Shown: positions 38,584 to 52,827, counted from the stretch's first letter. The stretch is 64,000 nt of DNA from Octopus vulgaris (GCA_951406725.2 OX597821.1:97154001-97218000); one strand, 5' to 3'. Program-made: numbers and translations. Notes: generated by a model not told the origin, from the letters alone.

Positions 38584-39192
38584 TGCAAAAAATATTTCAA
38601 TTTAATAGAACAACCTTCCACCAGAGACATGCTTTTAACCCATTGTTCTCAAGACTATGCGTTAGTGAGGTGAGATGCTATTTCGTTCCACTACACCCCT
38701 GAATAACAGATAAGGGGTTGACCGCAATGTTTTAAATTTTTTGGGCTCGTTAATTGACAGAAGCATCTGTATTTTCAAATTTGGCCGTCTAATTTTGCAT
38801 CTTCCTGAGTGATAATCAAATAAAAATCGGGACGCTAAAGCGTTTACAAGGATTCAAAGGTTTAAAAAACAAAAAAACAAACTAAAGAATACTTCTCTCT
38901 CAGTGGTATCATAATGTGAAGGACAACCAGTTGGAATATCTAAGCTTGATGATCTCTTTTGAATGCTACTGTTAACATGTGACTTCATACAACATGTTGC
39001 ACGATCGGATTGTTGGCAACTAAACGGGCACACTCATTTGGCTAGCTTGGTGAAGCGATAGAGAAGCACAGGTCAATCGTAGTACTGTCAGGGAGGCGTT
39101 TATACATGTGTGTGTGCGTGTGTGTGTATATATATATATTGTTATATTTCGGAATGGTCATTTTGCCAGTTTAGTCAATAATATATATTATA

Positions 39193-39242
<50 letters not shown>

Positions 39243-39367
39243 CATATATACATATAGACATGTATGTATGCATGGATATACGTATATATATATAAATACA
39301 CATGTATATGTATTTACACACACACACACACGCTTACTTATATTATTTATATTATGTGTGTTAGTGT

Positions 39368-39422
<55 letters not shown>

Positions 39423-39563
39423 CATATGCAAAGGCGTTGAACATTGTATTTAGGAATCGGTATTTATAAATATGGTTACAGATAGATACACACAGAAGAG
39501 AAAAACATAAATTTTCTGTTTGCTATCTTTCTGCCAGTCTGTCTACATCGTCTTCCTTCTCAG

Positions 39564-39599
<36 letters not shown>

Positions 39600-39860
39600 C
39601 TCTCTCTCTCTCTCACGCACACTCCTCCTCTCTCAGCTTATTTTTAGACATTGCAGAACTCGAACATTACAATGCAGATGTTAGACATTGTTTACATTCT
39701 TGCTCTTTGAGCAGAGATGATTTTCTTCGATATGATGAAAATTAAAAATAGTTCTGAAACCTTTCGATTATAGAAATTGATTCTTTGCCAGCAAAAATAA
39801 AGTAAAACTATGATAATAAAAATAAAAGAAATAAATTATGCATAAACATTATTATTATTA

Positions 39861-39905
<45 letters not shown>

Positions 39906-39919
39906 TCGTTGTTATTATT

Positions 39920-39957
<38 letters not shown>

Positions 39958-40014
39958 TATTATTATTATTATTATTATTGATGATGATGATGGTGATGAA
40001 AGTAATTCTTTCAA

Positions 40015-41355
40015 ATATTGGCACAAGGCCAGCAATTTTTTAGGGGAAGGGAGTAGTCGGCTACCCCAGTACTTGACTGGTAATTTATTTTATTTTATCG
40101 ACCGGGAAAGGATGAAAGGCAAAGTTGATTTGGGCATGATTTGAACTGAGGATGTAACGAACCGGAAAAAATGCCGCTACTCATTTTGTTCGACGCGCTA
40201 ACGATTCTACCAGCTCACTGCTTTAATAACTCATTCTTATTTTGACATAAGGATCACAATTTTTTAGGGGAGAAAGGAGAGGGGAGTAGATTACATGAAC
40301 TCCACTGCTCAACTGGTGCTTATTTTATTAACCCTCGAATGGGCGAAAGATTAACTGAACAAGGTTGGATTTGAACCCAGAGGGTGAAGGGCCAAAAAAA
40401 AAAAAATACGCCGCTAAGCATTTTATCCGATGCACCATCGATTCTGCTCGCTCACTTCCTTGAATACGTTTTCTATTATAGGTCAAAGGTCTGATTTTGG
40501 GGGTGGGATGGGGAAGGGAGCTAGTGGATGACATCGACCCCAGCTTTTAACTGCTATTTGTTTCATCGACCTCGAGAGGGTGAAACCCCAAGTCGACCTC
40601 CACGAAATTTGAACTAGAAGATCGACTTCACCTTTCGTCCCTCTGGGGCCGATAAAAAAAAGTACCATTTAAGTAATAGGGTCGATATAATCCTCAGTAT
40701 GGTCTCGCAAACTGTATGGCCATGAGTCTTTGAAATGGTTTGTGATGGATTAACAGAATCGTTTGATCGTCGAACAAAATGCTTTATTCTTTTCGATTCG
40801 AATTCATATCCCGTTGAAGTTATCTTTACTGTTCACCTCTCCCGTGTCGACAAAGTATATACCCAGTCAAGAACTTGTATCAATATAATCGACTTGCCCC
40901 TTCCATAGAATTTCTGGTCTTACGTCTTTGTTAAAGGTTTACCATTATTAATGATAAAGAAATGATTTTCACCAGAGAAGCGATGGTAGAATTCCCGACA
41001 ATATGCCTTGTTGTATTTAATTGCTTCTTTACTTCTGCGTTCAAATTCCAACTTTGCATTTCATTCTTCTGTGGTCGATAAAACAAGTACCAGCGAAACA
41101 CTACGGTCGATATGATCCAGCTATTCCTTTAGAAAAAGCATGTTGCATCGTAAATTCTGCAAGTCACAGAGTGTGTTCGAGTGTTACGTTTTAAGCAACC
41201 TTAACAATGGAATGAAATCGAATATATAATATGCTGAAAAAAGAAAATTGCTTGTGGTTATCACATGGTGCTTCTCCCTAATCTTTACTTTCTCAATTCA
41301 AATCTTGCCGAGGTCAACTTTGCCTTTCATCCCTCTGGTATCGATAAAACAAAGG
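40015..41355. mobile_element. Cluster of old SINE A-related copies on both strands
   Basis: Repeated degenerate GGATGAAAGGCAAAGTTGA and TTTGCCTTTCATCC..GTCGATAAA blocks. Confidence 0.7.
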
Positions 41356-41537
41356 ATAATACATAATGTGGGAGAATGAATTTTAAAAAAGTGAGGAATG
41401 GTGGGGGGGAATTTTTATGATCATTTATTGAAAGAAGAACGTTTATGAACCGTGGAATAAATAAAACGTGTCCCGCTGGTTAATATTAATTAAATTGGAT
41501 GCAGCGGGGTATGAGTCTGATTAGCTAAGTTATGCTG

Positions 41538-41595
<58 letters not shown>

Positions 41596-41977
41596 GGTGG
41601 TCATGACGAGGATGAAAAAGAAGAAGAACAAGAACAAGAACAAGAACAAGAACAAGAACAAGAAGAAGAAGAAGAAGAAGAAGAAGAAGAAGAAGAACAA
41701 CAACAACAACAACAACCAGAGTGTGTGTGTTTTTATTGGCAAAACGATTCTCCCAGGATACAACAACATCTGTTCCAACATACGATTTCGCTTTGGAAAT
41801 CTTGTAAAACAAAAGCCAAGAATCCATGGAAAACTAGATATATAAGTGTATATAGCTGTTTGTCGTGAAATTATTTACGAACCATTTAATTGGCCGATAA
41901 TCCTATCTTTCTTACTCAATCCCGTTTTCTTGTTAATTCTTATTTGTTTCACCCACTAATCCCTCTCAATATATACC

Positions 41978-42183
41978 TTTACTCTTTTACTCTTTTACTT
42001 GTTTCAGTCATTTGACTGCGGCCATGCTGGAGCACCGCCTTTAGTCGAGCAAATCGACCCCGGGACTTATTCATTGTAAGCCCAGTACTTATTCTATCGG
42101 TCTCTTTTTGCCGAACCGCTAAGTAACGGGGACGTAAACACACCAGCATCGGTTGTCAAGCAATGCTAAGGGGACAAACACAG

Positions 42184-42214
<31 letters not shown>

Positions 42215-42385
42215 CATATATACGACAGGCTTCTTTCAGTTTCTGTCTACCAAATCCACTCACAAGGCATTGGTCGGCCCGGGGCTATAGCAGAAGACAC
42301 TTGCCCAAGATGCCACGCAGTGGGACTGAACCCGGAACCATGTAGTTGGTTAGCAAGCTACTTACCACACAGCCACTCCTGCGCC
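41978..42385 (-). mobile_element. SINE family C
   Basis: Full head and (TACTCTTT)n tail. Confidence 0.92.
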
Positions 42386-43265
42386 TTACTTTTCCCTTCT
42401 CCCTTACTTTTTCACTTCTATCCTCAACCTTGTGAACGCGCATGACCCTAGTGGTTAGGCTGCTTCACTCATGATTGCAGGCGTGCAGTATCGATTCCAG
42501 GACCAAGTGGTACGTTGTCTCCTTGAAAATAAAAAAAGCAAACAAAAATACCACTTCATTTCATGTTGCTCCAGTCCATTCAGTTGTAAATGAGTAACCT
42601 TGCGACGGAGTGGCGTCCCCTTCAGGGTGGCCCTTTTGATCTTAGTCGCTTATACGCTATGGAAGCAGGAAAACCGGCTCTACGAGCCCTAATCCTCAAG
42701 ACGGTAATGTCCAAGACCCTCAACCTTACTCCCACTACCCTCCTTTCACAACATTCGTACACAATCTAATTCATCGTTACTATTCTTTTATTGGTCTCAG
42801 TCATTGGGTTGCGGCCATGCTGGGGCACTGACTTGAAGTGTTTAGTTCAGTGATAGTGAACCGGGGTCCGCATAAGAGTTTTTGTAAAAATGTATTTTCT
42901 ATGAATTGGTTATACTTTTACAAGAGATCAAATATTTTAACATTTTTTTAATACATTTCCTAATGATCTTTAATTCTAAAAATAAAATAGTATTTTGTAA
43001 ACATCGAATGGCTATGAAGGTCCATCCAAGTAACAGGAATTTCAGGGGTCCATAGTTTAAAAAATGGTAGAGAAATGGTTGAGAACTTATTTCATCGATC
43101 AGTACTTATTTCATCGGTTTCTGTTTGACGAACTGCTATCAGTGGAGATGTAAAAAAAAGACCGGTTCTCAAGTGGCGAGGTGACAAACACACACACACG
43201 TGCACATGCATACATACACACATACACACATACATACATACACACATACATATATACACATACAG

Positions 43266-43327
<62 letters not shown>

Positions 43328-43344
43328 CAAAGAGAGATATACAC

Positions 43345-43605
43345 ATTTGATTCGTTCAAAAATGAAAACAAGAAACAACATCTTTATCCAATTTGGTATG
43401 GACACTTAAAGAGAGGAACGTGAACAAACCCATATGTACTGGAGCATCATAGCCCAAACCAGTAAATATAGGGGATGGAGCAGCAAATGCAATCTCTGTA
43501 TCACGGGAAAATGAAATATAGCATCAACAATGAACGTTTTGAATATTAGGGAGGGAATCTTCTGCCCTTGCATGTTCAATAAACAATTCATACTTCGTAA
43601 TTTCA
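43345..43605 (+). pseudogene. Penelope-like GIY-YIG C-terminal fragment next to (TA)n
   Basis: [12 protein letters not shown] / YWSIIAQTSKYRGWSSKCNLCITGK*..VLNIREGIFCPC. Confidence 0.7.
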
Positions 43606-43970
43606 TGCGTGAGCCACTCACAAACCCACTCTGCCATACCTCCAACTTCTATAAGTTTTTAGATATCGATTATATGCACATTATACTTTATACGTACATT
43701 ATACATTAAAGATAACATACTCCCATAAACTAGGCTACACTGTTTTTCTATGCTACGTGGTAAAGTGTTAGCTACCTTATTTAATGTGTTGAGCTGATAT
43801 CATATTGAATTAAAATCCTATGCGTCATAAGTGGAAAAGTCATTAGCGTTAATGAAAATTCTTCTCAAAGGGATAAATGAGAAAAGTTAATTTTGATTTC
43901 ATAGTTCTCCTCTTTACCTCTTTTAAAAACATTTATCATCACTGCTAATGACGTTTCTTTTCATTTTCAG

Positions 43971-44203
43971 TTTACTTCCAATTTATTAAGCACAATGTGT
44001 GGTATCCTGCACTTAACTATATATTATTCAGGCAGAAGGCATTCCTTGGAAATGTTTTTATATGCTGTGCTTTTGTTAATCCACAATGGAAATCCTTTAC
44101 TGAACTGCGAGGGGACTTGATGTCGGTGTGTATCACCAGTTTTCGAAGTGTTAAGCAAATGAAAGACACAAATCCATGTTGATAAGCTATTAACCACACA
44201 CAG
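43971..44203 (+). other. Candidate spliced exon (non-coding or stop-containing)
   Basis: Branch-like GCTAAT, TTTCTTTTCATTTTCAG acceptor and CAG|GTAAGT donor around unique sequence. Confidence 0.35.
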
Positions 44204-45556
44204 GTAAGTTTTGCTGTGTGACAGGTGTTGAACAATCTGGTTTTTTGGTAGGTGGTCAAGTACACTGTTATTTGGTCAACCACGCTCTATGCTAAGATGG
44301 ATTGGACTAAACATCTTTCCCAGGCACATTATCAGGCCTTTCTGAAATCAGAAAACAAATTTAAATATATGGTGACTGCTGTGCGAGTTGAACAGACGAC
44401 TTTTCAATGATTAGCCCCAATATGTTATCCACTTGATTATTTCGCCTGGCTGAAAGTTATTTCGAAAAGTTAATTTGAGCAACTAATTAATAACTTATGA
44501 GCTAGAAATGCAACCGTTTTTCAGTGTTCGTATTCATCAATAATTGTGAAGTGAGTGTCTTAGTTTAAGTCTGCTGGAGACTTATTATATAAGTTGTCTT
44601 TGAAAATCAATAAAGGCTTCGTTGTTGAGGTGTCAATAGGTTATAGTATCTCTAAACAAGATGTTTAAAATAGGTGAAGACAGAGAAAGGAAGGGTGAAA
44701 GATGAAGTACTAAGAAGGGAGATAACTAACGAATGCCTAGTTTAAAGGAAAATATTTTTAAAAATACATATCTTTAGTATTGATTTCAAAACATTCATTA
44801 TTGATTTCTCATATATTAATTTATCTTTAACAAAGTCAGGAGGGTGGCGAGCTGGTGGAATCGTTAAACGCTGGTAAAACTGTTTTGGGATATTTTTTCT
44901 GGCTCTAGATTGAAGTCCCACCGTGGTCAGCTTTGCATTTTTTTACTTTCGATGTTGATAAAATAAAGTACCAGCCAAGCACTGGAGTTGATTTAATGCG
45001 TGGATGTGTCAATATTAGAAATCAATATGACAAAGTCTGTAAGAATTAGTTGTTAGCTTAATTGGTGGAGCGTCGGGAAAAATTGTTTTACAATATTCGA
45101 ACCAGTTTTACATTCCAAATTCGAATACCTTTCAACATCTACTTTACCTTTCATTCTTTAAAGTTGAATACTTATAGAGTATTGAGGGAGGTGGTTAATG
45201 AATTCGACGAGATCCTTGTTCCAAAAATTTGTGGCCTTAGAATGTTAGGGAATCAATGCTTTGTGACGGATAGCAGAAACAGTAGAGCGCCAATGGGCTC
45301 TAGAGTGTTGGTGAAGTACTGACAGTGAACTAGATGTCCATTTTTATGAGTCACTTTGGGTGTTTGTATATGTAGCTGTAGCATCACTCGCGATATGAAA
45401 AGGGCAAAATCGTTAGAGCGTCCGATAAAAATGCTTTGAGTGAACTCTTGCTGCTCTTTACGTTTTGAGTTTTTATCCTATCGAAGTCAACATTGCCTTT
45501 TATCCTTCGGAGTTGATAAAATAAATTACCAGTCAAATAGTGGGTCAATGTAATCG

Positions 45557-45863
45557 TCAACGGATAGGAATTGTTTCTGTTTTTAGATTCCACATTCTGG
45601 TTACCTCAATTTCCAGGTCTTTGTATTTTGAAAATTTCTCCATTTCGTTTAGAGACACGTTGTCATCTGCTGGTATTGATACATCAATTAGAAAGCATTT
45701 TTTTTCTTGGTGATCTCTGACAACTATATCTGGTCTGTTGGCCTTAATTTCTCTATCTGTGTGTATTGGCATATCCCAGAGTATGGTTGCTTCCTCGTTT
45801 TCTGTGACCTTTTCTGATGTGTGCCTATACCATCTTTTTTCTGTTGTTATTCCATAATGTTGG

Positions 45864-45866
<3 letters not shown>
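45557..45866 (-). mobile_element. Dong/R4 endonuclease fragment beside (TAA)n
   Basis: TILWDMPIHTDREIKANRPDIVVRD..LIDVSIP..EKFSKYKDLEIEV. Confidence 0.88.
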
Positions 45867-45924
<58 letters not shown>

Positions 45925-46499
45925 GTTATTATTAAACAGACTTAATAGTTATAGAGGGTCGGTAACAGATCAAGAGTGAATTAATTTCTGCTCTTAAAAA
46001 CGGATTCCTAGTATTGGAAGAGCAGCTTCATTAAGCTCTTGTATTCATAGGGCTAGTTGCTATGAGAGACTCACCAGGGATTCTAAGATTGGAAAAAAAC
46101 TCGCGTTTGTAGTGACCTTGAGGGATTTTGTTATGAATTAAAACAATAGCAACAAAGAACAAACACACGTACACAAACAAAACTGATATTGAATCTAATA
46201 ATATAACATTCTATTTATATTTTTTTTTTAAATATTATATTAATATATTAAATATTCTATAAAATACATATTATATTATTTATAATATGAATAAATAACA
46301 GTGAACTAAACAATGGACGCTCTTTGAAATGTTGGCAATGTTATATAAGCTCGATATTTAAAAAAAAAAAGTAAAAAATAAAAATAAAGCAATAAAACGA
46401 GCCGTCTCTCTTTCCAAATATTGAATTCAGAAACAAAACAAACAGTAATGTTAATTAAACTTATTGATAGATCGAATATTGAACTGATCAACTAGACAA

Positions 46500-46930
46500 A
46501 TAAAGAGGAGGGGGTGGGAGAAGAGGGAAAGAGGAGGAAACGGGGGCAGGGATAAGAGGAAAAGGAGGAGGAGGAGGAAGAGGCGGAAATGAGAAGAGAA
46601 GAAAAAGGAGGAAGAGGAGAAGGAGGAGAAGGAGGAAAAGGAGGAGAAAGAGAAGGGAGAAGAAGGGGAGGAAGAAGGGGTGGAGGAAGAAGAGGAGGAG
46701 AGGGGATGAAAAGCAGGAGAAAGAGAAGGGAGAAGGATATGAGGAAGAGGGGGAAGGGGGGAGGAAGAGGGGAGGAAAAGGAGGAGAAAGAGAAGGGAGA
46801 AGAACATGAGGAAGAGGGGAGGAGGAGGGGGAGGAAGAGGGGAGAAAGAGAGGAGGAAGAGAAAGAAAAGGAGAGGAAGAGGAAGGTAAAGGTGAAGGGT
46901 GAAGGGAACGTAAACAGCGAGGATGAGAAA
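46500..46930. repeat. Long polypurine (GA-rich) low-complexity tract
   Basis: Direct reading. Confidence 0.9.
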
Positions 46931-46973
46931 GAGGGAATTAAGGCTACAGTAATTATAGTGGTCATGGTCGTTG

Positions 46974-47161
46974 AAACTATGACATTACAACCAGCCAGGC
47001 AAAGTCTTCGCTACATTTGCGGCACCTGCCAGAGGGAGTGTTTGTCCAGGATAGGACTACACAACCACAGCAGGAAATGTATCAGGACATGAACTGTAAA
47101 AGCCGGACTAGACTATTTTACGCGCAACTCCATTGTCTGCCGAGACAAAAAGGATGCCAAC
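46974..47161 (+). mobile_element. RTE (BovB-like) LINE 3' end with 11-bp target-site duplication
   Basis: YICGTCQRECLSRIGLHNHSRKC*; CATGGTCGTTG at 46963 and 47162. Confidence 0.85.
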
Positions 47162-47346
47162 CATGGTCGTTGTGATGATGGTGGTGATGATGATGCAGGT
47201 GGAGGGGGGAGAAGCAAAGATGGCTAGAAAAACGAAAACAACAGCCTCAACAATTTTGATACTGAGAAGAAGTAGAAATACCTCGAAGAAAACAATTAAA
47301 TTGATGCTGAACGAAATAGCCATAAGAACATTTTGAGGGATATATT

Positions 47347-47580
47347 GGCGTGAGCTGACAGAATGGTTAGCACGCCGGGCGAAATACTTAGCGGTATTTC
47401 GTCTGCCGTTACGTTCTGAGTTCAAATTCCGCCGAGGTCGACTTTGCCTTTCATCCTTTCGGGGTCGATAGATAAAGTACCAGTTTCATACTGGAGTCGA
47501 TGTAATCGACTTAATCCCTTTGTCTGTCCTTATTTGTCCCCTCTGTGTTTAGCCCCTTGAGGGTAGTAAAGAAATAGGTA
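47347..47580 (+). mobile_element. SINE family A
   Basis: Full head; ends AAAGAAATAGGTA. Confidence 0.92.
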
Positions 47581-48280
47581 CTTGTTAAACGTCGGACTGG
47601 AAACCTAACAGTTTATAGTCTCCGCCCGTTTTTACGTTCTGCTCTCAAATACATATTGAGTAGGTAATTGTGTTCAATAGAGAATGTAATAAACATACCT
47701 AGTGTATACTGTTGTCATTCAGTCAAGTGGCCTAGTGGTTAAAGTGTTATGGTGACGGTTATAAAGTCGTGCCTCCAAAAGATGATATGCTTTATGATTG
47801 AGAACGTGTGTGCATATGGGCGTGTAAGTTAAAAGTGTTATTACAATACATTAAATCCTTGAATATTTACCAAAAACAAAAGAAAAAAAAGACTTACTAC
47901 AAGTGTAGTTAGTATCAGATACTTTAACAGTTTTATTGATATACTAAAATTATTTAAGATTTCCAGTTTGGGAATTCTTCAGTTGGTGGGAGGGGGATCC
48001 CTAAATTACCATTACTCCCAGGTCCGTTCTGACCCGGAACGGTGATACCAGCTAGACAAATGAAAAAGAAAGGAGGAGGAGAGGGAGGAAGAGGAGGAGG
48101 AGGAGGAAATTCGAAGACCTGTCATAAAGTATATAGTTAAGCTAAGCACCTTCGCTTATTCTGATTAATCTACCTGTTCTTTATTCTTTCGAGAAAATTG
48201 TTCCTATATATAAGCAATTATATATACATATATCTATTTATCTCTATATATGAATAGATAAATATATAAATATTTGTATA

Positions 48281-48344
<64 letters not shown>

Positions 48345-48484
48345 TGTTCAAATTCCGCCGAAGTCAACTTTGCCTTTCATCCTTTCGAGGTCGATAAAAT
48401 AAGTACCAGTTGAGCATTATGGTTGGTGTAATCAACTTACTGTGTCTCACTGAACTTGCTGGCCTTGTGCCAAAATTTGAAACC

Positions 48485-48534
<50 letters not shown>

Positions 48535-49559
48535 GATTACCATTATACGATATAAGCGATATTGTCCAGGCAGACGTAACTGACCTTAACATTACGAATT
48601 TTGAAAATATTATTGACGTTAGAAATACCTCGGCCATATTTCGTGGTAATGATTTCTTCTCTGCTCATCAAAAATTATATCTGACTTGGTATATTTTCCC
48701 TTGGTAGAAGTTTTGATGGGAATAGTCCACCAATATTGCTGGTATTGATGTTTATGTATGCATACAATAACAGGGAGATTCTCTACGTTCTCCCAGTTCA
48801 GTCTATTTATTTTTGGATGGCATAGTTTGAATCGCATTGTACAGATGTATGTACGTATGCATGTATGTAAGTATTTATGTATGCATGCATGTATGTATGA
48901 ATGTGTGTATGCATGCTTGTTGTTATTAGTACATGTTTGTTGTTATTAGTACAAATTTGTTGGCTTGACATATGCATGCATATGTGTATGCATCTAGGTA
49001 TGGATATTTGTATACCTGTATGTGTGTGTATGCATATATGCATACATCTATGAATACATATTTATGCACATGCCTATATGTATCTGTGAATGTATGTATA
49101 TGTATGTGCGTGTGTTTCATGTTTCTGTATATATGTATACTTGCATGTTTGTATTTAAGCATCTATGTATATATATTTGTATGCATGGCTATATGTCCGT
49201 ATGTAAGTTTTTATATGTGTGTATATGTGTGCGTATGTGTGTGCATGTGTGTGTATGTATGCATCTATATATAAATGCCTGTGTATATGTATGTCTATAT
49301 GTGTACGCGTATATTTGTGTGTAATTATGCATTGTGTATGCACCTATATGGGTATACGTATACGTGTATGTATTTATGTATGTAGGTACGTATATGTGCA
49401 TATATATAGGTTACCAATGTATGTATGAATGCGTGTGAGAAAGTCTATATGCGTTGTGTGTGTGTGCGTGTGCGTACGTGTGTGTGTGTGCGTGTGTGTG
49501 AACGTATTTATATGGTACTGAGCAAAAAGAATCTATAGCTACTGTATAAGTGTTATAAC

Positions 49560-51168
49560 ATTTTTAGTTGTTCATTACAGGCGTTTTCATGCTTCACTAC
49601 TTTAGACGAAACATTTACAACCAATGAACAACCACTTATAGCAACAGTACATATCCCCCACGCACCTCTTCTAAAACTTAATGCCAGTTCTTTTATGTTT
49701 CTATCAGATTAAGGATTCTTTTTATTTCGAGAGAAATGTACCTCCTCCACCAACCATTCTTCGTTATTTATGAACGTGTGGATGCAGTCTGGTATGTTCG
49801 TCAGGACAATCTTTCCTACTGAGATCATATTGTATGATATCTTTAGCAACAATGTCATGTCTAATATGAAAGTAGTTTGTTCTGAACACATTTTTTCTAA
49901 AGCATCAATTAATGTTGCCTTTATGGAGTGTTTTCAAGATAATAAGCCTTGAAGTTAGCTATCAGATCTTGATCCACTGGGTGGAGCGAATAACTTTTCT
50001 AGTGGTATATATTCACATTATCAGAAATATCATTTAAGTTCACTAGGTGACTTGGTGTAATGCTTTGTTGGATATATATTACACCTGGCGCTGTACTTTC
50101 ATACAGCAAGGTAAAAGAAGCTTGTAAATCAGTTTTAGAAAAATACGAAGGCATACAACTCTTCTCTTTTGATCATAGCATGACAGGTAGATTTAATTTA
50201 CTGTAGCCATTCATTGAAAGCCTTTGGATTTTTGTAGGAACACAAAAGTAGGGATTTTAATGTCATATCGCCATCTCTTCCTCCTAAAAGAATAGTCAGA
50301 TGATTTGGGGGAGCTTTAAAGCCTGTCGTAGGCTTTTCATCCTAGTGATCATGCATTTCCAAAAAATGTACAGTACATTTATTTAGTGAGCAATTTTCCT
50401 TCAATAATATTTTCCTCGGGATAATTACGAGCAGCTTCTGTACCAACTCTGGCAACGTCACTGATCATTTTAATGCTCTGCAAATTAAGGCGTCTCTTGA
50501 CGCCTTCAAACCAATTTTTACTCACAAGGAAATGTTTTGTATTAGAAGTTAGACATTCCTCTTTTCACAAATCGTCGTAAAAACTTTAGTATGAAAGACT
50601 ATCGTGTTTGTCAGCCCATTAGGTTCAGTCTGATCGTCAATCCACACACTCAGGAATCGTTCCTTATTAAACGTAGCATCAATTCTATAAAAAAATGCCT
50701 GTGCAGTTTATGTAATAACTTACTGGGCAATTGACCTAATTTTATCTTTATTGTCATGTGTTTTTCCTAATGTAGAAGCTTCAACGTTTTTGGAATGTGA
50801 CAGTCATTCTTTCGCACCAAACCTTTCTAAAACATTAAGTTTAACACTCATGATTGTTCTTTTACAACTCCTTTTCGCAATACTGCATTCACTTCTATAT
50901 GATTTCTTCTTTCCATTTAACTTCAACAAAGGATAATGCATTATACTGTATGCGTTTTGTAATTAAATTCAACAGTACCGAACGTGATAGACGAAAGAAA
51001 ATTCCACTTCAAATAAGCAGTTGAATCCGAGGAAAGCTGTGATGTTTAGTGTCGGCAAAAAAAGTACAACTTATTACTTCGGACGTAAGAATGGAAATAA
51101 GAAAATGAAAGGAGTTGATGGGTTATGTCGAAAGGGTGAAAGTTGTACGATTTAGGAGGTAGTACTAT
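49560..51168 (-). pseudogene. Decayed Tigger/pogo transposon
   Basis: VKLNVLERF, WFEGVKRRLNLQSIKMISDVARVGTEAARNYPE, KPTTGFKAPPNHLTILLGG..KSLLLCSYKNPKAF, DQDLIANFKAYYL. Confidence 0.82.
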
Positions 51169-51296
51169 ATGACTAATGTTAATAACAAAATCCAAATTAG
51201 ATGAATTAATGAAACGCACAAACAAGCTGAGGGAGTGAGGGAGATAGGTGTTGGCTAGAATGCTAAAAAATAATAAAATTAGTTTGTTGAAATAAA

Positions 51297-51693
51297 TCTT
51301 TATATATAAAAGTGAAGTTGTGTGTCTGTCTCCTACGATTTAGATTCCTAACTACTCCCACATTTTGCGGTGCAGTTTAACCAAAACCGGGTATCTTATA
51401 GTCGTGATTCATATCGAGCCCTTCTGGGTATTAGCGCGCGTCTACGATGAGTCTACGATTTAAAAAAAAATTTACCATCATTTTTTCCATTTTAATGCAT
51501 TTTTTCGCTATTATATAAGGGAAGTAACTCTCTAAAAATGTCTACGATGAGTCAACGATTTAAAAAAAAATTTACCATAATTTTTTTTCCATTTTTAATG
51601 CATTTTTTTGCTATTTTTTGGCTATAACTCTCTAAAAATGCTTATATAGTTATTTCCCTTACAAACCCGAGCAACGCCGGGCGATACTGCTAG
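51297..51693 (+). mobile_element. Non-autonomous Helitron
   Basis: A|TC start, subterminal hairpin CCCGAGCAACGCCGGG, CTAG|T end. Confidence 0.88.
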
Positions 51694-52334
51694 TGTTATA
51701 TAATTCAAGTGTTGAATTGATAGGCTGTAAGCAACAAAAATGTACAGAACATGGTGATAGAAAAATGACGAGCGGCTAGATATATTAAAGAGATATTTCT
51801 AGGAAAGCATATTTTGATATATGTATATACCTATGTATCGTGATTTTAGTTTTCATAATTGCTAAAATCTAACAGTATTTGCGTAAGAGCAGGATTAAAG
51901 AACGTATGCAAAATCTGCGGCCATACTTTAGAATTTCTGAGTGAGAAATTTCGTAACTAGAGTCCCGTAGCGCAAAGAGTACCTGTACTCATCACACAAT
52001 GTAATGAAGCTATCCTTTCGAGGTCGATAAATTAAGTACCTGTCAGGTACTGGAGTCGATGTAGTCTATTATCCCACTCCCCACAAATTCCAGGCTTACA
52101 GTTGAAAGGGTTATTAATAAATGGGTGGTTAGGCGGCGAGCTGGCAGTATCGTTAGCCCGGTGGGCAAAATGCTTTGCGACATTTCGTCCCTCTTTACGT
52201 TCTGTGTTCAAATTTCGCCGAGGTCAGCTTTGCTTTTCATCCTTTCGGGGGTCGATAAAAGGAGGTCATTTATTGGCACGTTATTGTATTTTCTCTCTGT
52301 TCAACTACTACTACTACTACTACTACTACTGCTG

Positions 52335-52365
<31 letters not shown>

Positions 52366-52794
52366 AAGAGCTTTTACTGCTCTGAACAAGCAAGTTCGGA
52401 AAAAAGCTTGCTAGATATACGGGTAGAAACTCGTATATCACCTCCACAGACCCTACCGGATGAAATCATGTCTACTCTTCTCTTCGTTGATGCAATGCCT
52501 CGCATTAAATCCAATAATGAAACACTTTATCCAGATATTCCCTTTCACAAATGGACAAATGAATCGCTTGACCAAAACCTTTGCCCCGTCTACGTTCTTC
52601 CCGAACGCCTTCTCGGTATTAACCTACGAAGGGAGGTTGAAACTAAATATCAACCACATTAATGGCATCATTGTTCGGAGTCTTCTGAATGTCATAGGTC
52701 CACCGATCCTTCAAGTGAATGATTAAAAAAGTCTTATGTATATGGATAGAAATATGTATAATCTATATGCATGTGCATATTTGTACGTCAACCG

Positions 52795-52827
<33 letters not shown>

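Noticed and set aside
46589-47092. 167-aa Glu/Gly/Arg-rich ORF with a zinc finger
   Set aside because: A polypurine tract fused by chance to a TSD-flanked RTE 3' fragment.
48540-48840. Unique sequence with short ORFs on both strands
   Set aside because: No recognisable motif or consistent splice signals.
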